Part shown: positions 29,069 through 43,828 of the stretch, one piece after another
How the letters are laid out: the number at the start of each line of letters is the position of its first letter
Position numbering within the stretch: position 1 is the stretch's first letter
Source: Octopus vulgaris
Lineage: Eukaryota
Length of the DNA stretch: 64,000 bases
Assembly: GCA_951406725.2 (NCBI GenBank)
Contig: OX597820.1
Location: 108,004,001 to 108,068,000, forward strand
Direction: 5' to 3'
Notes under the pieces: model-generated
The model's database searches: none
What the model saw: the letters and a program-made list of their open reading frames with translations, nothing else
Told to the model about the DNA's origin: nothing
Program-made: the position numbers and the translations under genes

Positions 29069-29125
29069 AAAATCCTTTGCGTCCTGTTTTTCTTTTGATA
29101 CATATATATATATATATATATATAC

Positions 29126-29232
<107 letters not shown>

Positions 29233-29247
29233 CATATATATACACAC

Positions 29248-29300
<53 letters not shown>

Positions 29301-29425
29301 CATATATATATATATATACATACATATATATATATACATATATATATATATACATACATATATATATATACATATATACATATATACATAATTAGTACAT
29401 GGGTAATTATTTTATTTCGTATATT

Positions 29426-29620
29426 TTACGTGCAGGTGGCACGTAAAAAACACCCACTACACTCGCGGAGTGGTTGGCGTTAGGAAGGGCATCCAGCCGT
29501 AGAAACACTGCCAGATCTGACTGGGCCTGATGAAGCCTTCCAGCTTCACAGACCCCAGTTGACCCGTCCAACCCATGCTAGCATGGAAAGCGGACGCTAA
29601 ATGAAATGATGATGATGATG
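29426..29620 (+). mobile_element. RTE 3' end fragment
   Basis: Same conserved tail plus (gat)n. Confidence 0.85.
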
Positions 29621-29675
29621 ATATATATATACATACATATATATATATACATACATATATATATATACATACATA

Positions 29676-29716
<41 letters not shown>

Positions 29717-29840
29717 ATATACATATATACATATATATATATATATACATATATATACATATATATATATATACATATATATACATATATATACATATAT
29801 ATACATATATATACATATATATATATATACATATATATAC

Positions 29841-29873
<33 letters not shown>

Positions 29874-29926
29874 CATATATATACATATATATACATATAC
29901 ATATATATACATATATATACATACAT

Positions 29927-29960
<34 letters not shown>

Positions 29961-29978
29961 ACATATATATACATATAC

Positions 29979-30011
<33 letters not shown>

Positions 30012-30038
30012 CATATATATATACATATATATATATAC

Positions 30039-30087
<49 letters not shown>

Positions 30088-30183
30088 CATATATATACAT
30101 ATATATATATACATATATATACATATATATACATATATATACACATATATATATATATACATATATATATACATATATATATA

Positions 30184-30567
30184 TCTCTCTCTATATAAAC
30201 GGCAGTTTGTCTGTGCGTGTTTCTGTGTGTCTGTTTGGTTGTACCCTCACTCTGACCACGGCTTTCAACCGATTCTGATGAAACTTGACACACACATAGC
30301 CCAATGTCATAATTCAAAACTAACACAGCGAAAATTTTGAAAAGTTCCCCCAGTTCTGAAAAAAATCGATAAATTCGACATGGGGTCGAGAATCAGAAAC
30401 CCAAACCACAGACCGTCTAGGGGACGCAACTCCACCTTTTTTAACTCTCAAAAAAAATTTACCATCATTTTTTTCCTTTTTTTTGCTATTTTTTGGCTAT
30501 AACTCTCTAAAAATGCTTTATAGTTATTTCCCTTACAAACCTGAGCAACGCCGGGCGATACTGCTAG
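30184..30567 (+). mobile_element. Non-autonomous Helitron
   Basis: 5' TC...tatataaa, 3' hairpin (cctgagcaacgccggg) then CTAG. Inserted between A and T in (TA)n. Confidence 0.8.
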
Positions 30568-30598
30568 TACATATATATATATACATATATATATATAC

Positions 30599-30657
<59 letters not shown>

Positions 30658-30849
30658 TATATACATATATATATACATATATATATACATATATATATAT
30701 ATACATATATATATACATACATATATACATATACATACATACATACATACATATATACATATATATATATACATACATATATACATACATATATATATAC
30801 ATACATATATATATATACATATATATACATACATATATATATACATACA

Positions 30850-30903
<54 letters not shown>

Positions 30904-30920
30904 CATACATATATATATAT

Positions 30921-33297
30921 AGTACGTTTAAATATTTGTTGTGCAAGATTTCTTATGTGAAGTCGTGTGTTGAAACAGATATTGTTATATTTCGGAATGG
31001 TCATATTGCCAGTTTAGCCAATAAAAACACACGCACTATATATTTGGTGTTATTTTGCTTCAGTAATATTTATTTTTTACATTAATCTTAATCTTATTTC
31101 GGCCAGAGTTCTTTCGTCACACTCCTGTGACTGCATCAGTGGTCCTTTGTTTTCTTCTCACTTATTTGTGTCTCTCCTTACTAACCGTCAGCCATTTTGT
31201 ATTTCTATTGTATGTCTTCATTTGCGCATGCTTATATTTTTATGTGCGTCTATGTTTATTTAGTTTGTGTGTGGGGGGGATGCCTGTAATATTTGTATCT
31301 TCTGTTTATATACATTCATGTAATTTGTATTTTGTTTTCGTTGTTGTTGCTTTTGTTCTAATTTTGTTCATGTGTTTACATCCACCCATTATTATCATTA
31401 CATATGCTTGTATGTATGTATGTATAACAACAATATTAGTAATAATAATAATAAATCTAATCGAAAAAAAAAATATATATATATATATATACATATACAC
31501 ATCTATATACACATATACATATACACATATATATATATATATATACATACATATACATACATAGATATATATACATATATATAGTTATTCATTTCTATTT
31601 GTTTATTGATCTGTGTATTTATTATGTTTTCAGGATCCTCTATCGTCATATGTTGTGGTGTGTGCTATTGCTCCATTCTAGTTTTCTATTCAGGCTAGGT
31701 TTATTTTCTATTATATGTGTAGCTTCTGTAATTTGTCTAATTGTTGCATCTGTTCTATGTGTGGACAATATCTTAATCTCTATGTTATTGATTGATCCCC
31801 CGTGTTCCTGTTCGGCGTGTTGGTACAGAATCGATGAGCTTTTACCTTCCTTGAGTTGTCTCCAATGTTCATTCACCCGCTCTCCTATGCTTCTTGCCGT
31901 TTCCCCTACGTATGTTATTGTCTTGTTACTGCATCGTCCCTCTATACACCTTATACTATAGACTATATTTCTGGCTTTACAGTTTGTTTGTGGGCTAAAT
32001 CTACATACAGTGCAATAGTTATCCGTACAGAGGGTTCTACTAAAAGGATAGGTTCTACCAATTATAGATTTGATAGGGTTGCCTGGCTTTTCAACAACCT
32101 TAATTCTTAGTTTAAGTTTATCTAGGGTCCTTCTAAAGTGGTACGCCAGTTCACCTCCAGGGGTGGTGTCAACGAACATGACACTCTGGTATTTATGGCT
32201 ATCATACCAAGAGTTGGCCTTCCCTATTTTCTTTTTTGTCCTTTCTATAGTGTTCCATGACTTGTTCCTATAGAGTGGGCAAATCCCATTCCTATCATTA
32301 CATAATATATTATCAAATTTCTTCATGGCTCCTTTGTATACTCTGATCCTTTCTTTATGGCTGTAACCTGAGAACTGCATGCGGTGAATGAAATATTGTA
32401 TGTGTCTCTTTAATTCCGTAGGCTCGCTCATGTGTGACACATTTCTCATTATTCTGACGAGGTCTGCCATCAAAATATTGAATTTGGCATTGCCCGCAAT
32501 GGCTGAGTTCCGGTGGATCAGGTATTTTGAGGCCATAGGTTTTGCATAGTATGAATGAAGGATTTGGGTTTTATTTTTCACAATTTCTAGCCAGAGTTCA
32601 GTGTCTAGTACTGGTAGTCTATGGTTGGGGTGTTTAGTGGGGTAGTCTATTGTGACCTTAATACTCTGGTGGATGGAGTTAGCTATTTGCTGGATGCTCT
32701 CCATAGTATTAGTTTCTATTACTATATCAACATTACTCTCTTGTGGGGGTGCCTTTACCACTATGTTGATATCATCAACATAGCGAGAGTACATGTTTAC
32801 GAGTATGGATTTCTGCAGTAGGCGTTCTTTAAGCCTTCTGTCCCACCATACCATGAAAGGTTGGCCACATCACCAGCGATACTAACACCGATGGCTGCCC
32901 CCTCGTCCTGGGCATATATTTTATTATTAAATTTAAATGTGTGGCCTTTTAGGGTAACTCTTACACTAGCTCCTAGTGCATGTGCGATCATTTTCTTTAC
33001 CTGATGGACACACTAAATAAACATAGACGCACATAGAGATATAAGCATGCGCAAATGAAGACATATAATAGAAATACAAAATGGCTGACGGTTAGTAAGG
33101 AGAGACACAAATAAGTGAGAAGAAAACAAAGGACCACTGATGCAGTCACAGGAGTGTGACGAAAGAACTCTGGCCGAAATAAGATTAAGATTAATGTAAA
33201 AAATAAATATCACTGAAGCAAAATAACACCAAATATATAGTGCGCGTGTTTTTATTGGCTAAACTGGCAATATGACCATTCCGAAATATAACAACAT
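30921..33297 (-). mobile_element. Penelope-like retroelement 2 with an inverted 5' pseudo-LTR (~30983-31263 vs 33013-33294)
   Basis: ORFs 32797-32991 (GAAIG) and 31646-32854 (YSRYVDD, LPVLD, IVYSIRC...YVGETARS, R..EH). A ~280-bp terminal segment is present in inverted orientation at both ends. Confidence 0.9.
33131..33175 (+). ncRNA. Hammerhead-like motif with a variant core (second copy at 31101-31145, minus)
   Basis: cca CTGATG-C-A gtcac aggagt gtgac GAAA gaac TC^ tgg; identical in both pseudo-LTRs. Confidence 0.5.
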
Positions 33298-33386
33298 ATA
33301 TATATATATACATACATATATATATATATACATACATATATATATATACATACTTCAGTTTAAAACTTGCAAAGAAGGTCTTGAAA

Positions 33387-33432
33387 CCACCTGATGAATG
33401 TCAATAGAAGTGACAAGAAACGATCGTAGTGG
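33387..33432 (+). ncRNA. Minimal type-I hammerhead ribozyme in a probable PLE end fragment (~33353-33620)
   Basis: ccac CTGATGA a tgtca atagaag tgaca a GAAAC GATC GTA^ gtgg; palindromic ACGATCGT. Confidence 0.85.
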
Positions 33433-33655
33433 ATATCTTAATTATATTTAATTTATATAAAATTTTTTATGTATTGGATTAAGTCTTTCTTTGTTTGATT
33501 TGCATAATAGTGGTTTTGTCTCTAATTAATATTATACTATATTTTACTATAAAATTGGATTCAATCCTAAATCTGATTTTTCCCTGTAAATTTGGATTTA
33601 TTCCCTAATATTTATTATTATACATACATATATATATATATATACATATATATAC

Positions 33656-33688
<33 letters not shown>

Positions 33689-33721
33689 CATATATATATA
33701 TACACATATATATATATACAC

Positions 33722-33776
<55 letters not shown>

Positions 33777-33781
33777 TATAC

Positions 33782-33819
<38 letters not shown>

Positions 33820-34206
33820 CGTCTGGCACCTGTGTCGGTGGCACATAAAAACACCATCCGAGCGTGGCCGTCTGCCAGCCTCGTCTGGCACCTGTGTCGG
33901 TGGCACATAAAAACACCATCCGAGCGTGGCCGTCTGCCAGCCTCGTCTGGCACATGTGTCGGTGGCACATAAAAACACCATCCGAGCGTGGCCGTTCGCC
34001 AGCCTCGTCTGGCACCTGTGTCGGTGGCACATAAAATCACCCACTACACTCTCGGAGTGGTTGGCGTTAGGAAGGGCATCCAGCTGTAGAAACACTGCCA
34101 GATCTGACTGGCCTGGTGCAGCCTTCGGGCTCCCCAGACCCCAGTTGAACCGTCCAACCCATGCTAGCATGGAAAGCGGACGTTAAACGATGATGATGAT
34201 GATGAT
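33820..34206 (+). mobile_element. RTE 3' UTR with ~3.5 copies of the 62-bp repeat
   Basis: Unit cgtctggcacctgtgtcggtggcacataaaaacaccatccgagcgtggccgtctgccagcct; (gat)n tail. Confidence 0.9.
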
Positions 34207-34408
34207 ACATATATATATACATATATATATACATATATACATATATATACACATATACATATATATACACATATACATATATATATACATATATACATAT
34301 ATATACATATATATATACATATATATATATACATATATATATACATATATATATACATATATATATATACATATATATATACATATATATATATACATAT
34401 ATATATAC

Positions 34409-34441
<33 letters not shown>

Positions 34442-34466
34442 CATATATATACGTATATATATATAC

Positions 34467-34497
<31 letters not shown>

Positions 34498-34575
34498 CAT
34501 ATATACATATATATATATATATACATATATATACTTATATACATATATACCCATATATATATACTTATATATATA

Positions 34576-34682
34576 CGTCGGGCTTCTTTCAGTTTCTGTC
34601 TACCAAATCCACTCACAAGGCTTCGGTCATCCGAGTAGAAGACACATACCCAAGGTGCCACGCAGTGGGACTGAACTGGGAA
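34576..34682 (-). mobile_element. 5' part of a tRNA-SINE, ending at its internal (TA)n
   Basis: Reverse complement of 22350-22515. Confidence 0.75.
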
Positions 34683-36239
34683 GGGAAGCATTATACAGTT
34701 TGACTAATGTTGTTGATTTGGAATAAGTAAATTTATTTAGTTTCAACATAGAAATTATGGACAGAAACATCATAAAATTTTTTCATTTCCCAAGATGCAT
34801 TGTAGTTGAGTTAGAGGATAATGTATTTATGTACTTGATGAAAAAAATTTTAAATGCTGAAAAGGGTGGCCTGACTGCAAACAATGTTGTATAAAGGACA
34901 TTTGACCAGTAAAAAATGTTGTATAAAGGACATTTGAGCTGCAATAAAAATATGGCAGAAATGGAAATTGATGTAAGTTTGTTTTGTTATTTCACATCTG
35001 AGTAATTATTATAACAGTACCACTGAACTCAATGTTTTCTTCCTCCGAATAGTTTTGTGAGGTATGGAAGTTATTTTTCCAAAATATAGGTTTTCTTTGT
35101 ACATAATAAGAAATGTTAAATTTTTTGTTGCAGAGCAAGTATTTAAGTCAGATGGGATATTTCCTATATGCAAAAATACTCTTTTGAATTAAAAGTGATT
35201 GCTTCATTCAATAGGCAGATGAAATATGTGTGACATCAATATTGTCTGATTTCTTAAACATCATTTGTGAATTATTGAAATTTAAGTTTATGAAAACTAG
35301 TGGATACAAAAATTTATTTGTTGCAGCTTTTGGGGTTCCTTTAAACATTGTTTCTTTTGGCTCCAGATTTTCTCAGTGGATGTATTTGAGTGCATTTGTC
35401 ATTGATTAAGTATGCTAGTTCAACATTGGTTGAATCAATTATATTTTTTTTATATATATAAAATGCAAACTCCAGTTTTTCAAAATTATGAAGTCCTCTA
35501 GTTGCAAGCTAAATTTTCTCACACTTTGTACCTTTAAAACTGGAAGAGATCCAAAACTAAAACTTGTGTTTTTCTGAAAGCTTTTACTGTGAGCTTACAG
35601 AATAATATATGGTGTTGTACTGAGGTTCGCTATATTTCCAAATTATTTTTACTCTTGTGTTTAAATAATATTCCTAAAGATGCATAATTTTCTTGATTTC
35701 TCAACAGATTTCTGCAACAAGAGCCTCACAAGCTAAAAAAGCTAACAAAACTATTAAAATTGACCTGTTTTAGGCTGTAAGTAGGAAATTACTAGCAGTT
35801 ATGGAGTTTAAAATAAATTTTTGTCATTAAAAATTAGTAATACATATTTTTTCTCAAATTGTCAATAAATATTTAGCTTGTTATTTTCAAACGAAATTTG
35901 CCTGCTTTTAATTAAATTTGAATGCTCATGAAAAATTATTGGATAAAGATATAAGCATAAGTTTTTTTTTGTTGTTGCTGAACCGCATATTGTTTTTGGA
36001 AAATCTCTATATTTTGAAGGCTTGTCTACCCAGTAACCCACTGTGTCCAGGTTTCTCATGCTTTTTATACAATTCTCCATATTCCACTCGTTCATTACAG
36101 TTCTCCAGGTCCCTCCTTTGTATTTCAGTTTTCCAGATCCCTCCTGTACATTAGGTCCCATGCAAGTATTCTTGCCTGTCACTTCCAACTAACAAGGTCA
36201 CCAATCCTGACAACATCCATCAATGGATATCAGTGCTAA

Positions 36240-37500
36240 CCTGTACTCAAACCAAATTCTCTCTGTCTCTTTCACCACCGCTCTCTAGGTATATATCCTT
36301 GATCTTTAAAAATGTGCTGGAGTTGAGAAAGTCTATTTCTCTGGCCCTACCAACTTCCAATGCTTCAAAGTTGATAGACACCAGATGTTAACATTTCCCA
36401 ATACCATGAAACTATTAACTTCCTTAATGACCACCTCTATATAGCTTTCATAAAGCCAGATCTACTGGAGACTTACTCTCCTTCCTCAATCACCAGCAGG
36501 CTCTTGTGCTCACAAAATTTGGTAAAAACTGTTGTTATCCTTGTTGCCAGTGAAGCTTTTGTCTGGCAAGCAAATCTTTAAAAAATGTCTATGAACCCCA
36601 TCCATTTCTTATCTTGTAGAGAGAGCTGTGACTCCTTGTCAGATTATACCATTGCAGTGTGTTGATTGAGCTCTCTACAAATGTCACTGTATCTACTCTG
36701 GTGTTCCCCAAGGTTCACTCCTGTCCTCTGCATTCTTTCCTCCATCAAAAACCTTCTTACAGTCAATTTCACCAACTCATTCTTACAAATATGATTTTAC
36801 TCTTCATTCCTCCCCAACTTCCAGCATCTATATGCAACCCAGGCACCTCATACCAAATCAGCCCAGATGCTATACAGAGAGTCCGCAAAACATCTGCTAA
36901 TGGAGTCATACCAGTCTTGTTTTCCAACCATTACACATATTAATAAAACATTACTACAACCCAAACATAACTAGTTTTCAAATGACTAGTTTTCTCAAAT
37001 GTTAGGTCATCCCATCACTGAGGATCTCTCCTGAAGAGTATATCTCTTCAAGATAACTAAAACAGTATCAGAAAAACTTATCTTCCTCTTCAAAACCAGA
37101 AAAAATTTCAGCCCTTAACTAGTAACTTTTTCAAAAGTCAAGTAAGACCCACAATGGTACTGTTTCCACAACTGCAACACAGAGGGATATACTAGCCTGT
37201 ATTCAAGTGATTGACACAACACCACTTATAAACTCCAAACTCTCTGCCACAGACATACTGTGGTTTTCCTACCACTACTAGTGTCTTGTTTCTTTGGAGC
37301 CAGCTACTCTCATACCATCTCCACTCAGTCACTCTCAATGCATTCCATTCATCTCTCCTTCCTTCATCATTTATGTAGTGTCCATTCAACTGCCATCTCA
37401 CACTAAACACTACAGCCAGTTCTTCCTAACTCTGGAATTTCCTCCCTGCAGCTATATATTTGCAAATCTTTAAGAGTAACCTTAACAGTGCCCTCCTCAT
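36240..37500 (+). mobile_element. Old, highly decayed LINE RT fragment
   Basis: tctggtgttccccaaggttca (SGVPQGS) at ~36697. Similar decayed C-terminal sequence at ~44650-45270. Confidence 0.45.
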
Positions 37501-39049
37501 AGATTTGGAGAGCCTACAAAGGCCATGAGTACAGCTACTTCCAAACCAGTAAAAATAACAGAGGACTTTAAGACCAGTGTCTGAGTGAACTTTTGTATGT
37601 TCATGGCCTAGTTTTCATAGCTGAATAGTTTGAAAAATTAGATTTCTAAATTGGAAGCCAAGTCTAGAATTGAGATACTAGCATCTCAATTACCTAACAA
37701 AAGTTTTAGCAAGAGAGGATCCTACTTAATATTCAGATAAGGAGTCAAGATCTGTATTCTGTATAAACACTGTCAGCAATGGGTAATAAGATCTTGATAC
37801 TGTGCAATCAATGTAAACCATTCTATGTAAACTATGGGTGCACAAGAGGTGCACTAGTTGATAGAGGACTCCATTAACAGCAGGTACACAGAAACAGTTA
37901 ACAGTAAGGGCACTATCATCATCATTTAATGTCAGGCTTCCATGATGGCATGGGCTGAACAGTTCAACAGGATCTGATAAGTCAGAGGACTGGATTGAGC
38001 TCTAATGTCTGCCAAAGCAGACATTAGTTTCTGCAGCTGGATGTCTTTCCTGATGCCAGTACTGAGTACTTTTGTCATAACACCAGCACTAATGAAGTTA
38101 CTATTAAATTCCAAGATGAAGAAAAGCCCTTCAACAGAGTGAGACAAAAGTATTGAGGGAGATGACTTTGTGCCAGATGTAGAGAAAGTAAGGTATGATG
38201 GGGGTGGGGGGCAGGTGTCTTCCTGTAGAGGAGATACCTGGCTTTCCCAACTTGAAAGGGAGAAAAAACAATTGTACTCTCAAGGTACAAGAACATGGAT
38301 ATAAGAAAGAATATGGAAAGAGGATTGAGAAAGATGGGTAAGTTCATGAAAATGTGAAGGGAAAGTGATAGATGGTTAGAGATGGGGATAAAAGTGAATG
38401 GTGAATATGGATGAAGATGTGGTCAGTGGTGAATCTCAGTTTGGAGATAGGGAAGATGAAGGAAATTGGAGTATGTTAGGGAGAAGGCGATTGATAGTAG
38501 TACAAAAAAAGGGAGTGTAGATGAGAAACCTCTTAAATGCCCAAAAAGCTGGCTAAAAATAATTAACAGTTTCTTTTACCTTGATAACCTAATCAGCTTT
38601 GGAGGTAAGTGCTGCAAAAGCATAGAAGCCAGAGTAAAGTTAAGGAGAGTAAGAAGTTTAAGAAGCTGAGTTCGTGAGCGAAGAGCATGGTTGTGGAGGA
38701 TATGTGAAGAGTGAATTGAAACAAGGCAAGTATGCTCTGCTAGATGAGTAACCTTAATGTGTATGAATGAAAAGCACAAATGAAGTGAAGATAAAAACTG
38801 TGGAAAACAGAAGACTGAACAACTTTTAACATGTGTTGCATATGAAGGATGACATCATGAAGGGGATGACATGATGCAGTATTAGAGAAGACTTGTCCAT
38901 ATAAATCAAATATAGAAAAAGGGGCAAATAATGATAATGACAATGATGATTATTGTACCAGTAATATACTGAGTAAGTTGAGTTAACTATATTTCTTCAC
39001 ACACACACAAATATAGTCTTGATTTTAGTATTGTCAAGATAAATTCTGT

Positions 39050-39600
39050 AATATCACTCTGCTGGATGTGCAATGTAAGTGTACATGTGCAACAGAGTGC
39101 TAGTGTGTTAAGAGAAAAGTTAGGCATAAGAGGAATTGGATGCAGTGTACAAGAGAGAAGACTGCACTAGTTTGGTCATGTGATGCAGATGGATGTCAAC
39201 AGCTTCACTAAGTGGATGGAACTCATGGAAGAGGGAGACCCAGGAAGACATGGTATGAAGTACTGAAGGATAATCTCATAATCTCAGGACACTGAACCTT
39301 ATGGAGGAGATGACAAAGAGACCAAGATATGTGGCACCTTGCTGTACTCAAGATGACCCTTCCTCCACAACAGATGTATTAATGCTGCTCCCACTGCTGA
39401 AAATGATTGGCCTGCAAGAGCCCTATACCAATACTACATAAAAAGCACTCATGCTGGCACACATAAAAACACCAATGCCAGTGCCACATTAAAAGCACTC
39501 AGCACACACTGTAAAGTGGTTGGCATTAGAAAGGGCATCAAGCCATAGAAACCAAGCCAAGTCAGACTGGAACCTGATGCAGCTCTCTGGCTGTTGAACC
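39050..39600 (+). mobile_element. Decayed RTE 3' portion
   Basis: Similar to 17480-17800 and the RTE tail (gtggttggcattagaaagggcatc). Confidence 0.7.
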
Positions 39601-40339
39601 ATGAACTCAATGAAGTGTTGGTGGTAGACTTCTTCCAGTACCAACAATATCAAAATTACTAAACTGCTGTAACTTGTCTTTGATACCCTCCTCAGAAATA
39701 TTATTACTTACAGATGCATTGAATAAAATCATTATTATGTTCATGACAAATTTTGAAAATTTAACCCTTTTCAGTCAGTAATTATGCACCTTGGATCACT
39801 CAACACAAATTGGAATACCATCATCATAGCTTTAACATGTGTTGTCTTTTTCCACAAAGGTAAGAGATGAATGGCCTATAAGCACAACTCCTTTCCTTTG
39901 ACTGTCATCTTATGTAATTCTGTCTGTAAATTATTATGTTATCATAACTGACCTTGGGAAAATGTAATTTTCTATAGTCTTAGGTCAATCCATTCTTTGT
40001 GAGAGAAATTGGGTATACAAATATTGCATAGGAGCCTATTAGAAAGATTTACCAGTAATTCAAAAGCTACAGCCATTCTATACACTATGTCACACTGATT
40101 GTACTTCAAAATTATATTACAGGCTCATGTGTCTATGGAATGCTCAGCCACTTACAAGTTAGTTCAATAGCAGGTAATTCAGTTAATTGAATAACTAAAT
40201 CCACATACTCAAATGACGACGTTCCATCAATTGCTATATATCCTCTACATATACAGTATGTTTCATTGACAATATGAAAGAAATTACTAAACAAAAAAAC
40301 TCACAACAACTGAAGTAAAAGAAAAGCTGCAATACTTAC

Positions 40340-41190
40340 AATAATATCACTTCAGATATTTCTTCTTTCCCAGATATATCTAAAGAGGTTAAATTTGGTA
40401 GACAGGTTTTACGCACAAGTAGTTCTTGTATTCTAAATCGTGTCTGTGTGCTGACAAACGTCTGTGCATCACTATCAGATACATCGAGGTGGGTCAGTTT
40501 GGATAATTCACATAATATCGACACCAACTCATCATTATGTGATGCCCGCAAATTGTACATAGACAAGCAACGTAACCGATCTTTGCATTTTCTTAAGGGA
40601 GAAATGTCATTGATAGGAGTACCTGATATGTCAAGACTTTCAAGAGTAGGTAACTCATCTACTATTATTTCAAGTCCGTGTTTATTAAATTCTGTGTTAC
40701 TAACATTGAGGCTTTGTAAGTTTTGAAGTTTTGCCAATGATATGACCACACAATACTTGTTGCTACTAATAAAAGTACTATTACTTACATTCAACATTCG
40801 CAAGTTAGAAAGTGTCCACTCTCCAAGACAGCCAATAACATCATTTACAGCTACTGATTTCAAACCGGTTATTTCCAGTTCAGATATTTTATGTGACTTT
40901 AATATCCGTAGGCCTTTTGTTGTGAGCTGAGCATCGCGAATTGACACTCGTTTCAAGATAGAAACACTTGGGTCAAATAAACTTAATGTTTCATCATTTA
41001 GCTTACCCTTTTCACACAAACTCTGCAGAATTTGTTCTGATAATTTTCCATGAAAACAAACATCAGGGTCTTTGAATACAAGCTTCCGGTTGCTTTTTTC
41101 CACTCCAGGTTGTACCTGACACAAGTTTCCAATGTTGTCACAAATAAAATCAACACAACAGTCTTGGAGGCTGTTTGGAGTATCATACAT
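40340..41190 (-). CDS. zyg11: First coding exon of a protein zyg-11 homolog (ZYG11B-like CUL2-ElonginBC substrate receptor; VHL/BC-box plus LRRs)
   Basis: Translation MYDTPNSLQDCCVDFI...LPTLESLDISGTPINDISPLRKCKDRLRCLSM...LTHLDVSD...LPNLTSLDISGK resembles the ZYG11B N-terminus (SLLDIC; LPRLESLDISNT..ITALLACKDRLKSL; LPNLVSLDVSG). The ATG has a gcaccATG Kozak context behind a polypyrimidine/AG acceptor (exon start 41195 or 41205). A phase-2 donor TT|gtaagt follows at 40339. No downstream exon was recognised in the window. Confidence 0.9.
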
Positions 41191-42951
41191 GGTGCCTAGT
41201 AAAAACTGAAAAATTAGAAGCAAGAAACAAACAAAAATTAGAAAGAAACAATGAAAACTACCAAAGTGAAGACTGATATCATTAGAATATACAAATATTT
41301 GTAAATTTATCTCCAAGTTAAACTGGTATTATTGCCAACAATTAATAACCATTACATAATAACCAACACAACTGTGTAATTGTCTTTACATTAAGTTTCT
41401 ATTTATTTGTGCTTTATATTTTGGTTTTCTACATTTTACTGAACAAACTTCAAAAATTACTCAAAACATTTTTTAAATTATAAAAGTAACTTCATTATCA
41501 TCAGTACTTGCCTTCTATGAACATTTTTGGTTTGACAAGAGCTGGCAAGTCAGAAGAATGCACTAAGTTCTACTGTCTGCTTTGACATGGTTTTTACAGC
41601 AAGATACCATTCCTAATGCCAACCACTTCACAATGTAGACTGGGTGCTTTTTACACGACACCAGCAACAATGAGGTCACCAAACAACTTACAAAATCCTT
41701 CAACAAAGGGAGTAGTATTCAGGAAGGTGGCTTTATGCCACTTAAGAGGAGTATAAGTAGAGGGAAAGAAATAGATATCTTGAAGTTAAGAAGATAAACA
41801 GCTACCTCAGTAGGAGAGAAAGAGAAGAAAAAGAGACGAAAGAAAGGAGAGAGAAGATAGGGAAGATGTGATGGGGCAGGAAGTACAAATCCTTAATATT
41901 AGTAATTTGAAATTCAATTGATTCATATATGCACTTACATATGATATGTGTGTGTGTGTAATATATATGCATGTGTGTTTTTAAAAATCTAAGCTTGGAT
42001 TATATTGTGCATACTCTTCTATTGCAGCAAATGTTTGGATATTTCAGGAATTTGGGGTTATGATTGCAGTAAATAAGAGTAACCTGGATTGGATTAGGAA
42101 AAAGATAGCCACTACTCAGACACTCCCTTGTTGTGTCCAATCTCCCAGGTTCTGCACTATACCCAGTCCCACTTTCCAAGAATGTCAGTCGTCTGGAACC
42201 CCCTCCCTGACCATATCTTTCTTGTAAGTGTTGAATTAATAAAGTTTCCATAAGAACCTTAATGGCATCAATCTCTTGGTTTCAGAGCCCGTGATGGCCT
42301 TGGACACTTTCTGTTCCTCCAGACACTACCGGTGAAAAAGTAAAAAAGTACTCCAGATCAAATCAACTACAAACATTAAATTATATTTAAGCAATCTACA
42401 TAATTTACATGCTATTTTACCAACTGGAAATAAAAATATATCAGGAGTACATTGAGGAGTTCTCAGATGAAGTGAAGAAAAATATTTCAAGGTAAAAGTC
42501 TTACATCAAAAATGAAATGGTGATGATAGGTCTCTGTCTGAAACATTTGTCTCCACTTCTCATGTACACCCCTCTTATTTAACTATCCTATTAAGTGAGA
42601 AGTTAATCTTTAACATAATCCTATGCAACCAGAGCCAAACCCTGACATGGTAATGAAAACCAGTTTGAGGACTCACATGAAACATTAGAATTTTGGCAGT
42701 GAGTACCTGATTTTTGAAAGAAAAAGCAAAAATCTAAGTGTTCACATGTAGGTTACATGGACTTGTCTTTACCTCATTTACCATTACTATCAAGATGGTT
42801 CAGAGTTTATAATAAACAAAACCAGACACACTAGAGTAAAACCAACCACTTAAATGAGAAAACTTAGACAATGGAGGATGTGCACCACTCACAATGAGTA
42901 TAGAACCTCCAAAACTGGTGGTTGGGGGGAACCACAACTCAATGGAGTATT

Positions 42952-43828
42952 AGAAAATTACTGTTTTTAAATCTCACAACAAGAGATATTCAGTAACAGT
43001 ACTTTGTAGTAAAGGTTTTTTGCCAACATAACATGGCAGTCTTGGTTTAAGACAAATATTTCTGTAATTTAGCCCCAGGAGACATCATCTCCAGCTGGCT
43101 ATATGACATGATCTGTGTCCTTATATTTTCGAACAAGGGAATCTAGCACCCCCACTCAGCTCAAAACAATATCTGTGTATCGCGATTTCCAGGTTATTTC
43201 CCTTCATCAGCATAGAATAATTGTTTGGCTAGAGGTGGCGCTGCCAAATTTCTGTTTGAAATATATAATTTTCAAAGTAACAACTAGTCACTGATCTATA
43301 AACTAGAAAATTACTATTTCTAAATCTCACAATGTAATACGTAGATATTGTTTTGAGCTGAGTGGGGGTGCTAGATTCCCTTGTTCGAAAATATAAGGAC
43401 ACAGATCGTGTTGTACAGCCAACTGGAGACAATGTCTCCTGGGGCTAAATTACAGCAACATTCGTCCTAAACCAGGACTGCCATGTTATGTGGGCAAACA
43501 ATCTTTACTACAAAATACTGTTGCTGAATATCTCTTGTTGTGAGATTTAAAAATAGTATGTGAGCTGTCACTTTGAAAACTATATATTTCAAACAGGAAT
43601 TTGGCAGCCGAACAATTATTCTGTGCTGATGAAGAGAAATAACCCAGAAATCACGATACACAGATATTGTTTCAAGCTGAGTGGGGGTGCTAGATTTCCT
43701 TGTTCGAAAATATAAGGACACAGATCGCGATGTATAGCCAGATGGAGATGATGTCTCCTGGGGCTAAATTACAGCAAAATTTGTCCTAAACCAGGAATTC
43801 CATGTTATGTTGGCAAACAATCTTTACT
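42952..43828. mobile_element. Non-coding retrozyme-like element: ~1.1 units (353 bp) plus ~1.5 inverted units (319 bp), one HHR per unit, 13-bp TSD
   Basis: tcaatggagtatt at 42939-42951 and 43829-43841. tagaaaattact recurs at 42951/43304 and agatattgttt at 43343/43662. HHRs at 43173-43215 (-) and 43621-43663 (+): ct(a/g)tg CTGATGA ... GAAAT C(G/A)CG ATA^ cacag. Confidence 0.8.

Noticed and set aside
30275-30290. CTGATGAAAC resembling a hammerhead core
   Set aside because: No stem II or stem I; it is part of the Helitron body.
35708-35776. Plus-strand exon-like segment (caacag|...|gtaagt), and another donor-like site near 34972
   Set aside because: The obvious frame contains a stop, there is no recognisable protein, and it is antisense to zyg11.
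41191-41316. N-terminal extension of the 326-aa ORF
   Set aside because: It is an intronic polypyrimidine tract and acceptor; the likely start is the Kozak ATG at 41190.
42000-42290. Possible LTR followed by PBS-like tggtttcagagc
   Set aside because: One mismatch to the tRNA-iMet PBS, no TG..CA boundary, no second LTR and no gag/pol.
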